Origin: an uncultured Thermoleophilia bacterium
GTDB taxonomy: Bacteria > Actinomycetota > Thermoleophilia > UBA2241
NCBI GenBank assembly: GCA_963834905.1
Contig: CAWIDR010000023.1
Span: forward strand, 15,356-79,355
Direction of reading: 5' to 3'
DNA length: 64,000 nucleotides
Shown here: positions 1 to 13,512 of the stretch, piece after piece
Layout: every line of letters starts with the position of its first letter
Position numbering within the stretch: the first letter of the stretch is position 1
Notes under the pieces: model-generated
The model's database searches: none
Told to the model about the DNA's origin: nothing
Seen by the model: only the letters and a program-made list of their open reading frames with translations
Program-made: the position numbers and the translations under genes

Positions 1-812
1 GTCGACGCCATCCCTGATCGCCGCGAGCAGATGCCAAGCCGAACAGCCGAGCGCGCGCGAGGGCACGCGGATGGTCGTGAGCGGCGGGTCGGCGTGCGAG
101 GCCATGGGAACGTCGTCCATGCCCACGACACTGACGTCCTCGGGCACGCGCAGGCCGCGGCTTCGCAGCCCGGAGATCACGCCGAACGCGACTTCGTCCG
201 TCGCGGCGATGACGGCCGTGAACGACGCCGCGCTATCGACGAGCGCCTCCGCCGCCTGCGAGCCACCCGACAACGACATCGGGGTCTGCACGACGAGCGC
301 GTCGTCCACCGGCAGCGCGGCGCGGCCCAGCGCGGCGACGTAGCCACGGTACCGGTCCTCGACGGTGGTCGAGTCGAGTGGACCGCCGACGAATGCGATC
401 TCCTGTGCCCCAGTCCGATGAGATAGGAAGCCGCCTCGCGCGTGGCCAAGGCGTCGTCCACGCACACGTGCGGGATGTCGAGTTCGTAGCGGCCCACCGC
501 GGCGACCGGGATGCCGTCTCCTCGTAGGCGCTCGACCGCCTGGAAGACCCGTAGCGACTTGGCGGGGTCGCGCACCTGCCCACCGACGAGGACGACACCG
601 GCGGGCTTCTGGCTCAGCATCATGGTGAGATAGCTCTCCAGCTTGGCGGCGTCCCGGTCGTCGTTGCAGACAAGGACACGAGTCCTTCGGCGACGGCTCG
701 TCCTGCAGCTCACGGACGACGCCGCTGAAGTACGAGTCGGTGATGTCGTGGACGATGGCTCAGACGAGCGCGCTGCGCTCGGTGACAGCGCCCGCGCCGC
801 AAAGTCGGTCAC
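1..812 (-). pseudogene. LacI-family transcriptional regulator, C-terminus truncated by window start and interrupted by at least 2 frameshifts
   Basis: The minus-strand translation of 1-430 gives IAFVGGPLDS...VVGMDDVPMASHADPPLTTIRVP, a LacI periplasmic-binding-fold C-domain. The 177-812 frame gives the central domain ...VVLVGG...GIPVAAVGR...LIGLGHRR. A degenerate HTH lies near 790-810. The frames do not join without indels. Confidence 0.55.
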
Positions 813-973
813 ATAGCAGAGCGCCTCGCCGCCTCTCTGACAGAGCGCTCGTCGGCTCGCTCACGGGTATGCCGAGCTACTCAGGACACGAGAAGCGTCG
901 CTGACGAGACACGGCGAGCTGGGCCACTTCGCGCAGTGAGACGCGTCTCGGCGTCACGAGAGGCTCGCGGACT

Positions 974-1743
974 TCATCGCTGGACCAGAGCTCCGGAACC
1001 ACGCACGAGGGCCTCGACCTCGGCACGCGTGGCCATCGAGACGTCTCCCGGCGTGGTCATGGCCAGGGCGCCGTGTGCGGCCCCGTACTCGAGGGCTTTC
1101 TGCGCATCGAAACCAGCCAGCAGCCCGTAAATAAGTCCGGAAGCGAAGGAATCGCCGCCGCCGACGCGGTCGAGAATCTCCAGGCCCGGCTTCGCCACGG
1201 ATTTGTGTAGGCGCGTCAGCCCAGCAGATCGCGCTCCAATCGTTGGCGACTCGCTGCGGACAGCGCGCAGGGTAGTAGACACGGCGACCAAGTTGAGATG
1301 CGCGGAGCAAGAACTTGCCATCATGTGTATGAAGCGTCGCGTATCGAATTCGGAGAGGTTTTCGTCCACGCCCTCGACGGGGAACCCGAGGGAGGCGCAG
1401 AAGTCCTCCTCGTTGCCGAACATGACGTCGACACGAGGGGCCAGCGAACGGTTACTCGTGGGCGCGTCCTGACCGCCGATGGACTTCCACGAGCGAGGGC
1501 CGATAATTGAGATCGTAGGAGACGATGGTGCCGTCCGGCGAGCGACCCATCGCCTCGACCGCAACGACCGGGTGACTCGCAGAGCGCCGCGAAGATGCCG
1601 CCGAGTGAAACCACCGGACCCTTCCCGCCGAAGATCTCGTACCAGTCGAAATCGCAGGGCTTGATCTGGAGATGCGATATGGATACGATCGGAGAACCGA
1701 CGGCGCCGCGCGCGCCGAAGACTGTTCGGTGAAATTGAGCCAT
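974..1743 (-). pseudogene. pfkB-family sugar kinase (2-dehydro-3-deoxygluconokinase-like), split over 3 reading frames
   Basis: The C-terminal frame has VGGGDSFASGLIYGLLAG, the pfkB DTTGAGD-type motif. The middle frame has DGTIVSYDLNYRPSLV, which matches the NYRPxLW motif. The N-terminal frame has YEIFGGKGPVV, a GG ATP-lid. It is adjacent to the LacI regulator on the same strand. Confidence 0.55.
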
Positions 1744-1941
1744 TGTGAACCGCGTCGACACATGAAAGGTCCCCAAAGCATGCGACAAGTCGACGCCGCT
1801 TGCAGAATCAATCTCGACCAGGCGCCGACTATTGTCAGCCAAGCGGTGTAAGGGTGCGCAATTAAACAGCGCGAGGCGGTGAGTTATGGCGTATAGGAAT
1901 GAGCGGTGCATGGTTGCGGATAAGCGCAGCATACTGCTAAG

Positions 1942-3700
<1,759 letters not shown>

Positions 3701-4130
3701 CTCGGTTACGATCCAACACCGCCAGAAGAGCTGTGCTGGGATGGCGAGCTCGGGCAGTGATGAGAGCAGAGAACCTGAAGGCGATAGTTATCAGTGGCGC
3801 GGGGGCAGTGCAGTCGCGGATCCGGCAGGCTTAGTAAAGGCGTGCAAGCGGGTACACCGGCTCGTACACGCAGGACCCAGGAGAACGCGTTGCGCGTGAA
3901 GATGAGACACACGAACATGCGCTGCGCGCACGCTTGCCCGTTCGGTTGCGCGACGCGCTCGCGCGATGTAGCACTGGGGCAGCGGAGGGGCGAAGAGAAG
4001 CGCAAGAACATCTCGGTCATGTGCGACGGCGAAGCCTACGAGAGCGGCTGGAACTGGTACCAGTACACACGACGGCGATAGAAGAACAGTACGCAGGCGA
4101 ACTGCGCACGAGCGCAGTAGAGGGATTGGC
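3701..4130. other. T-depleted purine-rich block overlying the recognisable but degraded AOR1 coding sequence
   Basis: Very few T on the + strand. Translation still shows AOR-like pieces (CAHACPFGC Cys motif, DELRLLIETSGSQGG resembling AOR DELGLDTISTGG) but no intact frame. Confidence 0.6.
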
Positions 4131-5198
4131 AAGACAGAGCGGCGATGAACTGCGACTGCTGATCGAGACCTCGGGTTCTCAAGGTGGTTCTACCTGACGT
4201 TGCGCTATTGGTTCCTGGCCTGCCTCGATCACGGCGTGGGCGAGAGTAGAAGGGCTGAAGCTTGGGCGGAGGAACTCGACTTCTGGCTCGAACTGGAGGA
4301 TGATCGCGTACCGCGAGGGACTGGGTGATCTGCTGGCAGACGGGCTATTGCCGGCCTGTGACAGGCTCGATCTGCCCGACGTGGTGAAGAAGACCGCGCG
4401 CTGGCTCGAGCAAATGTGGGGATTACATTCGCGCCGCACGGTAGCGCCTGTGAGCCGCGACACAGTCGATATGGATCTTCGACATGCTGCACTGGGCGAT
4501 AGATTCGAGAGACTCTCTCGCGTCGCACCACCAGACGGGGTACGTAGACTACTGGTACGCTCCGCACTTCGAGGGCGGCTCCGCGCTCGTGGACGGGGCC
4601 GAGCTGGAGGCGACGTTCGCGAGGGTGTTGAGCGACCCGGGGATACTCGAGCGGGGTTTCGCGCACCTGGACGCCAAGACTAGGGTGACCAAATGGTTCG
4701 ACGATCGCGCGCAGGTCAAGGACTCTCTGCTGTTGTGCGACTGAGTGTTCCGCGAGTGCTGAACGGCTTCGACTGGCGGAGGAACTCGAAGACGCCGACG
4801 ACTACTACGGCGACGTGGACGCTGAAGCCTCCATGCTGGCACCGCTCACGGGACTGGACATCACGACCGAAGACCTCGACCGCGCGGGAGAGCGCATCCG
4901 CAACCTGGACCGCGCGCTGCAGATCCGCAACAGCGGCCGTTCGCGCGCAGTCGACTCGACAGCTGAGTGGGTCTTCGAGTACCCGGAGAAATCGGACGGC
5001 ACGCGGCTCGACCGCGAGACGTTCGACCGGATCCTCGACAGCTACTACGACCACCGCGGCTGGGACCGCGAGACGGGCTGGCCGACAAGGGCGAGGCTCG
5101 AAATAGCTGGGGCTGTCCGACGTAGCAGACGCACTCGAGCTGCTCTCAAAGACAGGAGCCTCCGAAGCAGGCGACACGAGCAAGACTGAGGAGCGTGA
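3794..5198 (+). pseudogene. Aldehyde:ferredoxin oxidoreductase (tungsten AOR family) paralog 1. Only the 3' two-thirds are readable and frameshifted. The 5' end lies in the anomalous composition blocks.
   Basis: MIAYREGLGDLLADG matches the AOR KIAYREGFGDLLAEG motif. The C-terminus DSYYDHRGWDRETGWPTRARLE matches the AOR YYxxRGWDxxGxPTxExLEELGL tail. The stop TGA overlaps the ATG of AOR2. Confidence 0.55.
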
Positions 5199-7057
5199 AT
5201 GACGATCTACGGCTACATGGGAGAAGCTGCTGTTCGTCGACCTGGAGACACGTTCATACCGCGTGGAACCCCTGGACGCAGAGATGTCTCATGACTTGAT
5301 AGGGGGCTACGGACTTGGCGCGCGGATCCTCTACGAGCGGATGCCGGCCGGCGTCGACCCGCTTGGCCCGGACAACCTGCTCGGCTTCGTCACCGGGCCG
5401 CTCACAGGTACGCCGGCGATCTGCAGCGGCCGCTTCACCGTGGTCGGCAAGTCGCCGCTCACCGGAGGCTGGGGAGACGCGAACTGTGGCGGCTACTGGG
5501 GACCGTACCTGCGCTTCGCGGGCTACGATGCGGTCTTCTTCCGCGGCATCAGCCGGAAGCCGACTTACGTGCTCATCGACGACGGCGAGGTGACGTTCCA
5601 CGACGCCGCGCCACTCTGGGGCAAAGACAGCCTCGACACGGAAGACGACCTCAGGGCGGATCACGGCAAGGACTCCGCGGTAGCATGCATCGGCCCCGCC
5701 GGCGAAGCCATGTCGCTTCTTGTCGGCCATCATCACCGACAAGGGCCGCGCCGCAGCGCGCTCAGGACTCGGCGCGGTGATGGGTTCCAAGAAGCTCAAG
5801 GCCGTGGTCGTCAAGGGCAGCCAGGAGGTGCCGCTCCCCGACGTCCGGCTCGCCAAGAACCTGCGCAAGAAGTGAGCGGGGCAGCTGATGGGCGAGGAAT
5901 TCGAGTTCAAGATACACGGAACGACCAGCCGCACCATCGGGAACACGGTGATCGGAGACACGCCGATCAAGAACTGAATCGGCACCTATCCAGAGCAGTA
6001 CTCAGACCCCAGTCTAGACAAGATCGACGAGAACGCCTTCTACGCCGAGCGTGACAAGCCCTACGGCTGCTGGCACTGCCACATACGCTGCGGCGGCCAC
6101 CTGAAGGCCAAGGCGGGCAGAGCGAGGATCAGCCACGTGCCGGAGTACGAGACCATCACGATGAGCGGCACGCTCTGCATGAACGACGATCTCGAGTCGA
6201 TCATCCGCTTCAACGATGTCTGCAACACGTACGGGCTCGACACGATCTCAGTCGGAGGAGCGATGGCCTTTGCGTTCGAGTGCTACGAGCACGGCATCCT
6301 GACGCGAGATGACGTGAGGTTCGAGCTCACGTTCGGCGACGGGCAAGCCGTAGTACGGCTGGCGGAGATGACCGCACGCCGTGAAAGAGTAGGCGCCCTG
6401 CTCGCCGACGGCGTGAGCCGCGCCGCGGAGAAACTCGGCCGCGGCGCCGACGAATTCGCGGTACACGCGGGCGGCCAAGAGCTGTCGGCGCACGACCCTC
6501 GCTTCTACCCGAGCCTGGCGCTCGTCTACCGGCTGGACGCCACGCCCGGCAGGCACCCGCGGGGAGGCAGTTCCTGGATAATGGGCAACGGCTTCATGGA
6601 AGCGCCGGACGACAAGTACGCCGTCGCGGGGATCGGCGAATCGCACAAGCGCGCCGCCGCGATGTGCCACGTCATGTCGTCGTGCGGCAACTGCCTGTTC
6701 GCGTACACGTCTCATCCCACGGGCTACATCCCGGAGTTCCTGACGGCGCTCACCGGGCACGAGCACGATTTCGACTCGTGCGTGAAGATCGGAGAGCGCA
6801 TCGAGGACATCCGGCACCTCTACAACCTTCGCGAAGGCTACAACCCGCTGACGATCACGGTGAACCAGCGGTCACTCGGCCGGCCGCCCTTGGAGAAGAG
6901 GGCGACCGCCGGGATCACCATCGACGAGGAAGCACTGATCGACGAGTACTGCGCGGCCATGAGCTGGGACCGGCGGACGGCGATGCCGAGTCAAGCCAAG
7001 CTCGAGGAGCTGGGACTCGACCGCCTCGTGGCCGACTATGGAAGGACGCCATCGTGA
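5196..7057 (+). CDS. Aldehyde:ferredoxin oxidoreductase (tungsten AOR family) paralog 2, with about 3 apparent indel frameshifts
   Basis: N-terminal domain: [12 protein letters not shown]...GPLTGT...[16 protein letters not shown]...[11 protein letters not shown]...LWGK. Middle region: [26 protein letters not shown] and [10 protein letters not shown] (Cx2Cx3C). C-terminal domain: GALLADG...[27 protein letters not shown]. Confidence 0.8.
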
Positions 7058-8483
7058 GCACGAGCAAGCGCAATGTTCGCAGCCTGAAGGACGCAGCCGG
7101 CTTTCGCGACTATCTCGAGGCGACGGGCATCACACTGCCCTTTGACGACGTCGTCGGCTCCGGACCCGGATCACCCTGGCGCGGCCCTTCAAGGTCGGTG
7201 GCCGCACGGTCGGCAACCGCTTCGCCATCCTCCCCATGGAAGGCTGGGACAACACGACCGACGGGCGGCCCACCGACCTGACGAGGCGCCGCTGGCAGCG
7301 CTGGGGCGCCAGCGGGGCCAAGCTGATCTTCGGCGCCGAGGCGATGGCCGTGCGGCCGGACGGCCGCGGCAGCCCGGTCCAGCTGATGATGATCGAGAAG
7401 AACCTGGACGAGGTCAGCGAGCTGAGAGCGCTCCTCGTCCGCAGTCACGTGGAGCGTTACTCCACCGCGGACGATCTGCTGGTCGGCGTGCAGCTCACGC
7501 ACTCCGGCCGGGTCTCACACCCGAACAGCTGGGACCGGTCCGAGCCGCGCACACTGTACCACCACCCGCTTCTCGATCCGCCGTATGGGGCCGAGGGCGA
7601 CGACGCAGTGATGAGCGACGATGAGATCGAGGCGCTCGTCGACGACTTCGTGACCGCCGCCCGGCTGGCGCAGGCGGCGGGGTTCGACTTCGTCGACATC
7701 AAGCACTGCCACGGCTACCTGGGTCACGAGTTCCTGAGCGCGGTGGACAGGCCGGGCCGCTACGGCGGCAGCTTCGAGAACCGCACCCGGTTCCTGCGCG
7801 AGATCGTAGCCGGCGTGCGCTCCGCCGCGCCGGGACTGCAGATCGCGGTGCGGTTCAGCGCGCTCGACTTCGTGCCGTTCACCGAAGGTCCCGACGACCA
7901 CTCCCGGCCTGCTGCGTTCGACGGCGACCGCTATCCTTACGCGTTCGGCGGCGACGGCACGGGAACAGGGATTGACCTCCGCGAACCGGTCGCGTTCCTC
8001 GACCTCCTCGCGGACCTCGGCATCGAGCTCGTCTGCGTCTCCGCGGGAGCTGAGTACAACTCCCACCTCATGGAGCCTTACAACTCGCTGCCGGTCGCGC
8101 GCCGCAAGCCGCCGGAAGACCCGCTCGTCGGCGTCGCGCGCTTGGTCTCGCTGGTGGCCGACCTCAAGCGGGAGCGCCCGGGCTGACCTACGTCGGCAGC
8201 GGCTACTGTACCTGCAACAGTGGCTGCCAACGTGGCGCAGGCGGCGGTGCGCGAGGGCTGGGCCGACTCAGTCGGCATCGGGCGCATGTCGTTCAGCTAC
8301 CCCGACATGTGCGCCGACGTCCTCGAGGGTCGGCCTTTGGAGCAGAAGCGCCTCTGCACGACGTGCGGTTACTGCGACGTGGCGCCGGCGTTCCAGATCG
8401 GCTCGGGCTGCTACTCGCTGGACCACTTCTATCGCGATCGACCCGAGTTCAAGATCCTCAAACAGCGCATCAGGGAAGCGTAG
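7054..8483 (+). CDS. NADH:flavin oxidoreductase, Old Yellow Enzyme family, with 2 apparent frameshifts
   Basis: GRTVGNRFAILPMEG in the N-terminus. DIKHCHGYLGHEFLS...RYGGSFENRTRF is the OYE active-site region. C-terminal ADSVGIGRMSFSYPDM. GTG start overlaps the AOR2 stop (GTGA). Confidence 0.75.
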
Positions 8484-8492
8484 ACCGCCGAC

Positions 8493-9723
8493 ATGAAGCA
8501 GATCACTGAAGCAGCGAGACAGATCGACGTCTGCGCCGAGGTCGACGTCCTTGTGTGCGCAGCGGCTCCGCGGCGTGGCCGCGCAGTGGCGGCAGCTCGC
8601 GGCGGCGCCGCGTCTCTGCTCGAGCGCTACGTTTACCTCGGCGGGCTCGCGACATTTTTATCATTTTCTTGATAACGTTATCAACGCGTATATTGTGATT
8701 ATCTTTATTGATTGATTTATGCGAATTGATCATTTGTTGACGATTTGTTTGACGTATTTATGTTTGATTTGTAACTTCTTAAGCATCATTCATGAGTATG
8801 TTTCTTGATCGCATTTGATGTTTTTTCACATTATGTGTGCATATATTTATTGAAGTTTTGACGTTGAATTTTTTTATTGTGTATAACAAGTCGTTGCATT
8901 CGATTTCGCGTGTTTGTTGTTGACGTACGTTTGACGTTGATGTGTGTTCATTTGTTGTGTTTTCGTTGATGAGAAGAGTACTTTTTATATGTTTATTTTT
9001 AATCTCGTTGTTGTGTATATCGCGATTTTGATCGTGTCGCTTGTTAACTTTTTTATTTTTGCGTTTTTATTGATGAGTTGTTTTTTATTGTTGAACTTGA
9101 GTTTTATCTCGATTTGCACTTTTGTTATTTCGTTTTTGTTGTTTTCGTTGTTGATTTCTTTTATCTTGGCGAGGTGAACCTCTGGCCGGGCAGCATGTTT
9201 GGTATCTACGGTCTCGACCCGCGTCAGCTCACCAAGGCGGAGATCGTCACCAGCGACCACGCGCTGAGACTGGTGGACTTCCTCAAACGGAAGGCGCCGG
9301 GATTCGAGCAGGCATGGCTGGAGTACACGGCCAGCCAGCTCGGCGTGCGCGAGACACGGCGGATCGTCGGCGGCTTCTCTCCGACGCTTCGCGAGGCGCT
9401 TTCAGGAGATGTGCGCAGACGTCATCGCCAAGCTATATGCTAAGCGGCGCATGCGCATCCCTTACGTGTCCCTGGTCCCGGAGGCCATCGACGGCCTCCT
9501 CGTCGCCGGCCGTTGTATGTCGGCGCAGCAGGACGCGATGGTCCATCTGCGTCTGATCCCCGTCTGCCTAGCGACGGGACAGGCCGCCGGCACGGCGGCA
9601 GCGATGGCGGCCGTCGTTCGACGTGGTCCCGAGTTATTTCTACGTCGCCGACCTGCAGGCGTACCTCATCAATCAGGGTGCAGATCTCGGCATCGAAGCG
9701 CGTGCCGACGCAAGTTTCGTCTG
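8493..9723 (+). CDS. FAD-dependent oxidoreductase (PF12831-like). Ends are intact but the internal region 8640-9180 is replaced by a T-rich block.
   Basis: The N-terminus MKQITEAARQIDVCAEVDVLVCAAAP...LLERYVYLGG resembles the dinucleotide-binding DVxVxGGGPAG...LLxERxxxLGG region with indels. The C-terminus VPEAIDGLLVAGRCMSAQQDAMVHLRLIPVCLATGQAAGTAAAMA...LQAYLINQGADLG is typical of this family. Gene length is about 410 aa, so the block overwrites rather than inserts. Confidence 0.5.
8640..9180. other. T-rich (about 50% T) low-GC block inside the FAD-oxidoreductase gene
   Basis: Composition differs grossly from the about 70% GC flanks. Its only ORF is a Phe/Leu/Ile-rich translation of the T-rich DNA. 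Confidence 0.8.
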
Positions 9724-9726
9724 ATT

Positions 9727-9748
9727 TTTTTTTTTTTTTTTTTTGTTT
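9727..9748. repeat. T22 homopolymer in a 76-bp AT-only spacer between convergent genes
   Basis: Read directly. The spacer 9724-9799 is nearly 100% A/T. Confidence 0.9.
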
Positions 9749-9799
9749 TGTGTTATTTATTTTATGAGTAAATATTTGTATTTGTAATGTTAAAATGTG

Positions 9800-10373
9800 T
9801 TATTCGTCTTCCGGAGGCTCTTTGGCGGCGCCATAGCTGCCGATGCGCTCGCCCAGCGACCAGTACTCACCCTCGACGTAGGCGATCGGCGTGAGCTTCT
9901 TCGTCTGCACGCGTCCCGCGCGCGTCGAGGACGTCCTGGTCGTACTGCACGGCCACGATCTCGGCGATGTAGAGGTCGTGCGCGCCGAGCGCCAGCTGGT
10001 GCCGCACCACGCACTCGATGTTGATCGGGCACTCTTCGATGAGCGGCGCGTCGACGAGGCTGGCCGGACGCGCCGTGAGGCCGAGCTCCTCGAACTTGTC
10101 GTGCTCGGCCCCCGACCACACGCCGGCCAGGTCGACCTCTTCGAGCTGCTCGGCGCGCGGCACGTTGACGACGAACTCGCGCGCCGCGTTCACGAGCCGG
10201 TGCGAATGGCGTGTCGGACGGATGGCGACGCTCAGCATGGGCGGCGTCGAACACACCGTGCCGGCCCACGCCAGCGTGATGATGTTGGGCTTCTCCTTGC
10301 CGTGGCCGGCCACGCTCAGCAGCACCACCGGCGTCGGCAGAAGCGCAGCCGACGGTTTGCGCTCGATCTTCAT
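9800..10373 (-). CDS. Flavin reductase-like domain protein (HpaC/NADH:FMN oxidoreductase family), with a C-terminal frameshift
   Basis: LLPTPVVLLSVAG...NIITLAWAGTVCSTPPMLSVAIRP...FVVNV is the flavin-reductase-like fold. The alternate frame gives the expected tail LTPIAYVEGEYWSLGE. Confidence 0.65.
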
Positions 10374-10457
10374 CGCTCAGCCTCCCTTGGGGTCCGGTGG
10401 TAATGGTACCCCACGCATGGAATCGCAACTTCTCTGGCGTGGGCTCCACGACATTCG

Positions 10458-10487
10458 TAGAATGGGGGGGCCGAAAGGAGCCCCATG
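10458..10487 (+). promoter_or_regulatory. Putative -10 (TAGAAT) and RBS (AAGGAG) upstream of the Lrp-family gene
   Basis: TAGAAT at 10458-10463, AAGGAG at 10475-10480 and ATG at 10485. No convincing -35. Confidence 0.3.
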
Positions 10488-10958
10488 CGCAGACAGGCAC
10501 TCGACAAGACCGACATCGCCATCATCGGCCACCTCCAGGTGGACGGCCGGCGCGCGTTCACCTCCATCGCCAAGGACCTCGGCATCTCCGAGGCCAGCGT
10601 GCGCCAGCGGGTGGCCCGGCTGCTGCGCACCAACATCATCCAGATCGTCGCCGTGAGCAGTCCGCTGGATCTGGGCCTCATGTGGGCGCAGGTCCACCTG
10701 CGCGTCAAAGGCGACCGCATCGAGGCGGTCGCCCAGGCGGTCGCCGAGCTCCCGCAGGTGGACTACGTGAGCATCTGCGCCGGCGACTTCGACATCATCG
10801 TCGGCGTCGTCGCCCACGACCGCGAGGAACTCCTCGACGTCCTCGTCAACCACATCCGCACCATCCCGGGGATCGATCAGGCCGACTTCGTCCTCAACCT
10901 CAAGATCCTCAAGGACAACTACGAATGGTCGCCGGGCGAGCCCCCGGCGACGATGTAG
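10485..10958 (+). CDS. Lrp/AsnC-family transcriptional regulator
   Basis: LDKTDIAIIGHLQVDGRRAFTSIAKDLGISEASVRQRVARL is the HTH. A RAM domain follows, giving a 157-aa intact ORF. Confidence 0.85.
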   Translation: MRRQALDKTDIAIIGHLQVDGRRAFTSIAKDLGISEASVRQRVARLLRTNIIQIVAVSSPLDLGLMWAQVHLRVKGDRIEAVAQAVAELPQVDYVSICAGDFDIIVGVVAHDREELLDVLVNHIRTIPGIDQADFVLNLKILKDNYEWSPGEPPATM

Positions 10959-10971
10959 GGAGGCGAGAGCC

Positions 10972-12367
<1,396 letters not shown>

Positions 12368-12401
12368 CCGCGCGCGGCGCCCAAGCGAAGGAGACGAGTC
12401 G

Positions 12402-13357
12402 ATGACGTACGATTCACTGCCGTTCAGCGGCATCGCGACCTTCTTCAAGGCGCCGCTGGTGACCACGCCGACGACGGCCGACGCCGACGTGGCCGTCGTC
12501 GGCATCGGCTGGGACGAGGGCACCACCAGCCGCTCCGGCGCCCGGATGGGGCCTCGCGCCCTGCGCGAGGCCTCCACCATGTACGCCTTCCAGCGTGACG
12601 CCGAGCCCTTCTGGGACGGCGAGGCCGGCGTGGAACTGCTCGGCGGCGTGCGCTGGGCGGACTGCGGCGACGTGGCCCTCGGCCCGATGTGGTCGCCCGA
12701 GCGCTACCACAACGCCGTGGTCGACAAGCTGCAGCCGATCATGAAGTCCGGCCTCTTCCCCGTCACGCTCGGCGGCGACCACTCGATCGGCTACCCGGTG
12801 CTCAAGGCGCTCTCCAGTCCCGCGGGGGCAAGCCCGTGCACCTGGTGCAGTTCGACACCCACATGGACTACTGGGACGAGGAGGGCGGTTCGCGCTTCTC
12901 GCACGCCAGCCCCATCATCCGCAGCCACGAGGCGGGCTTCCTCGCGAGCCTCACGCAGTACGGCATCCGCAGCCTGCACACCCCCGGCGACAACATCGCC
13001 CTGGCCAGGAGCCGCGGGGCGCACATCTTCTGGTGCCAGCAGGCGAAGGACATGCTCGTGGACGACCTCATCGAGCACCTGCCCAAGGGCGCCGACGTGT
13101 ACATCACCTTCGACATCGACGCGCTCGACCCGGCGATCGCGCCGGGCACCGGCACGCCCGAGCCCGGCGGCTTCAGCTACTACGAGGCCAAGGACATCCT
13201 GCTCGGCGTCTGCGACCGCTGCAACGTCGTGGGCATGGACCTCGTCGAGGTCGCGCCCCAGTACGACGGCCCCGGCCAGGTGACGGCGCTGCACGGCGCC
13301 CGCCTGATCCTCGACACGGTGGGAGCCGTCTTCCGCCGCCGCGCGGCGCTCGGCTGA
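12402..13357 (+). CDS. Ureohydrolase (arginase/agmatinase/guanidinobutyrase family), 1 frameshift near 12820
   Basis: TLGGDHSIGYPV, VQFDTHMDYWDE (DAHxD-type) and ITFDIDALDP (DxDxxDP) are the Mn-binding motifs of the arginase fold. Confidence 0.8.
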
Positions 13358-13512
13358 GCACGCGTGGTGCGCCGGGTCACCAAGGGCTCGGACCGCTGGC
13401 CGCAGTGTCCTGCCGACGCCAAGGGCGCTCACGCTGGACGCGGCGCGGCTGAACCGCCTCCGCTCCGGCGTCGAAGTACTCATCACTTCGGCGAGAGACG
13501 CCGATAGCGGCC

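Noticed and set aside
3794-4081. Stand-alone 95-aa ORF in the T-depleted block
   Set aside because: It is interpreted as a degraded internal fragment of AOR paralog 1 (Cys motif, PEYE-like segment), not an independent gene.
8944-9177. 77-aa hydrophobic membrane-peptide ORF
   Set aside because: The hydrophobicity is a by-product of the T-rich block (TTN codons). It lies inside the corrupted interior of the FAD-oxidoreductase gene.
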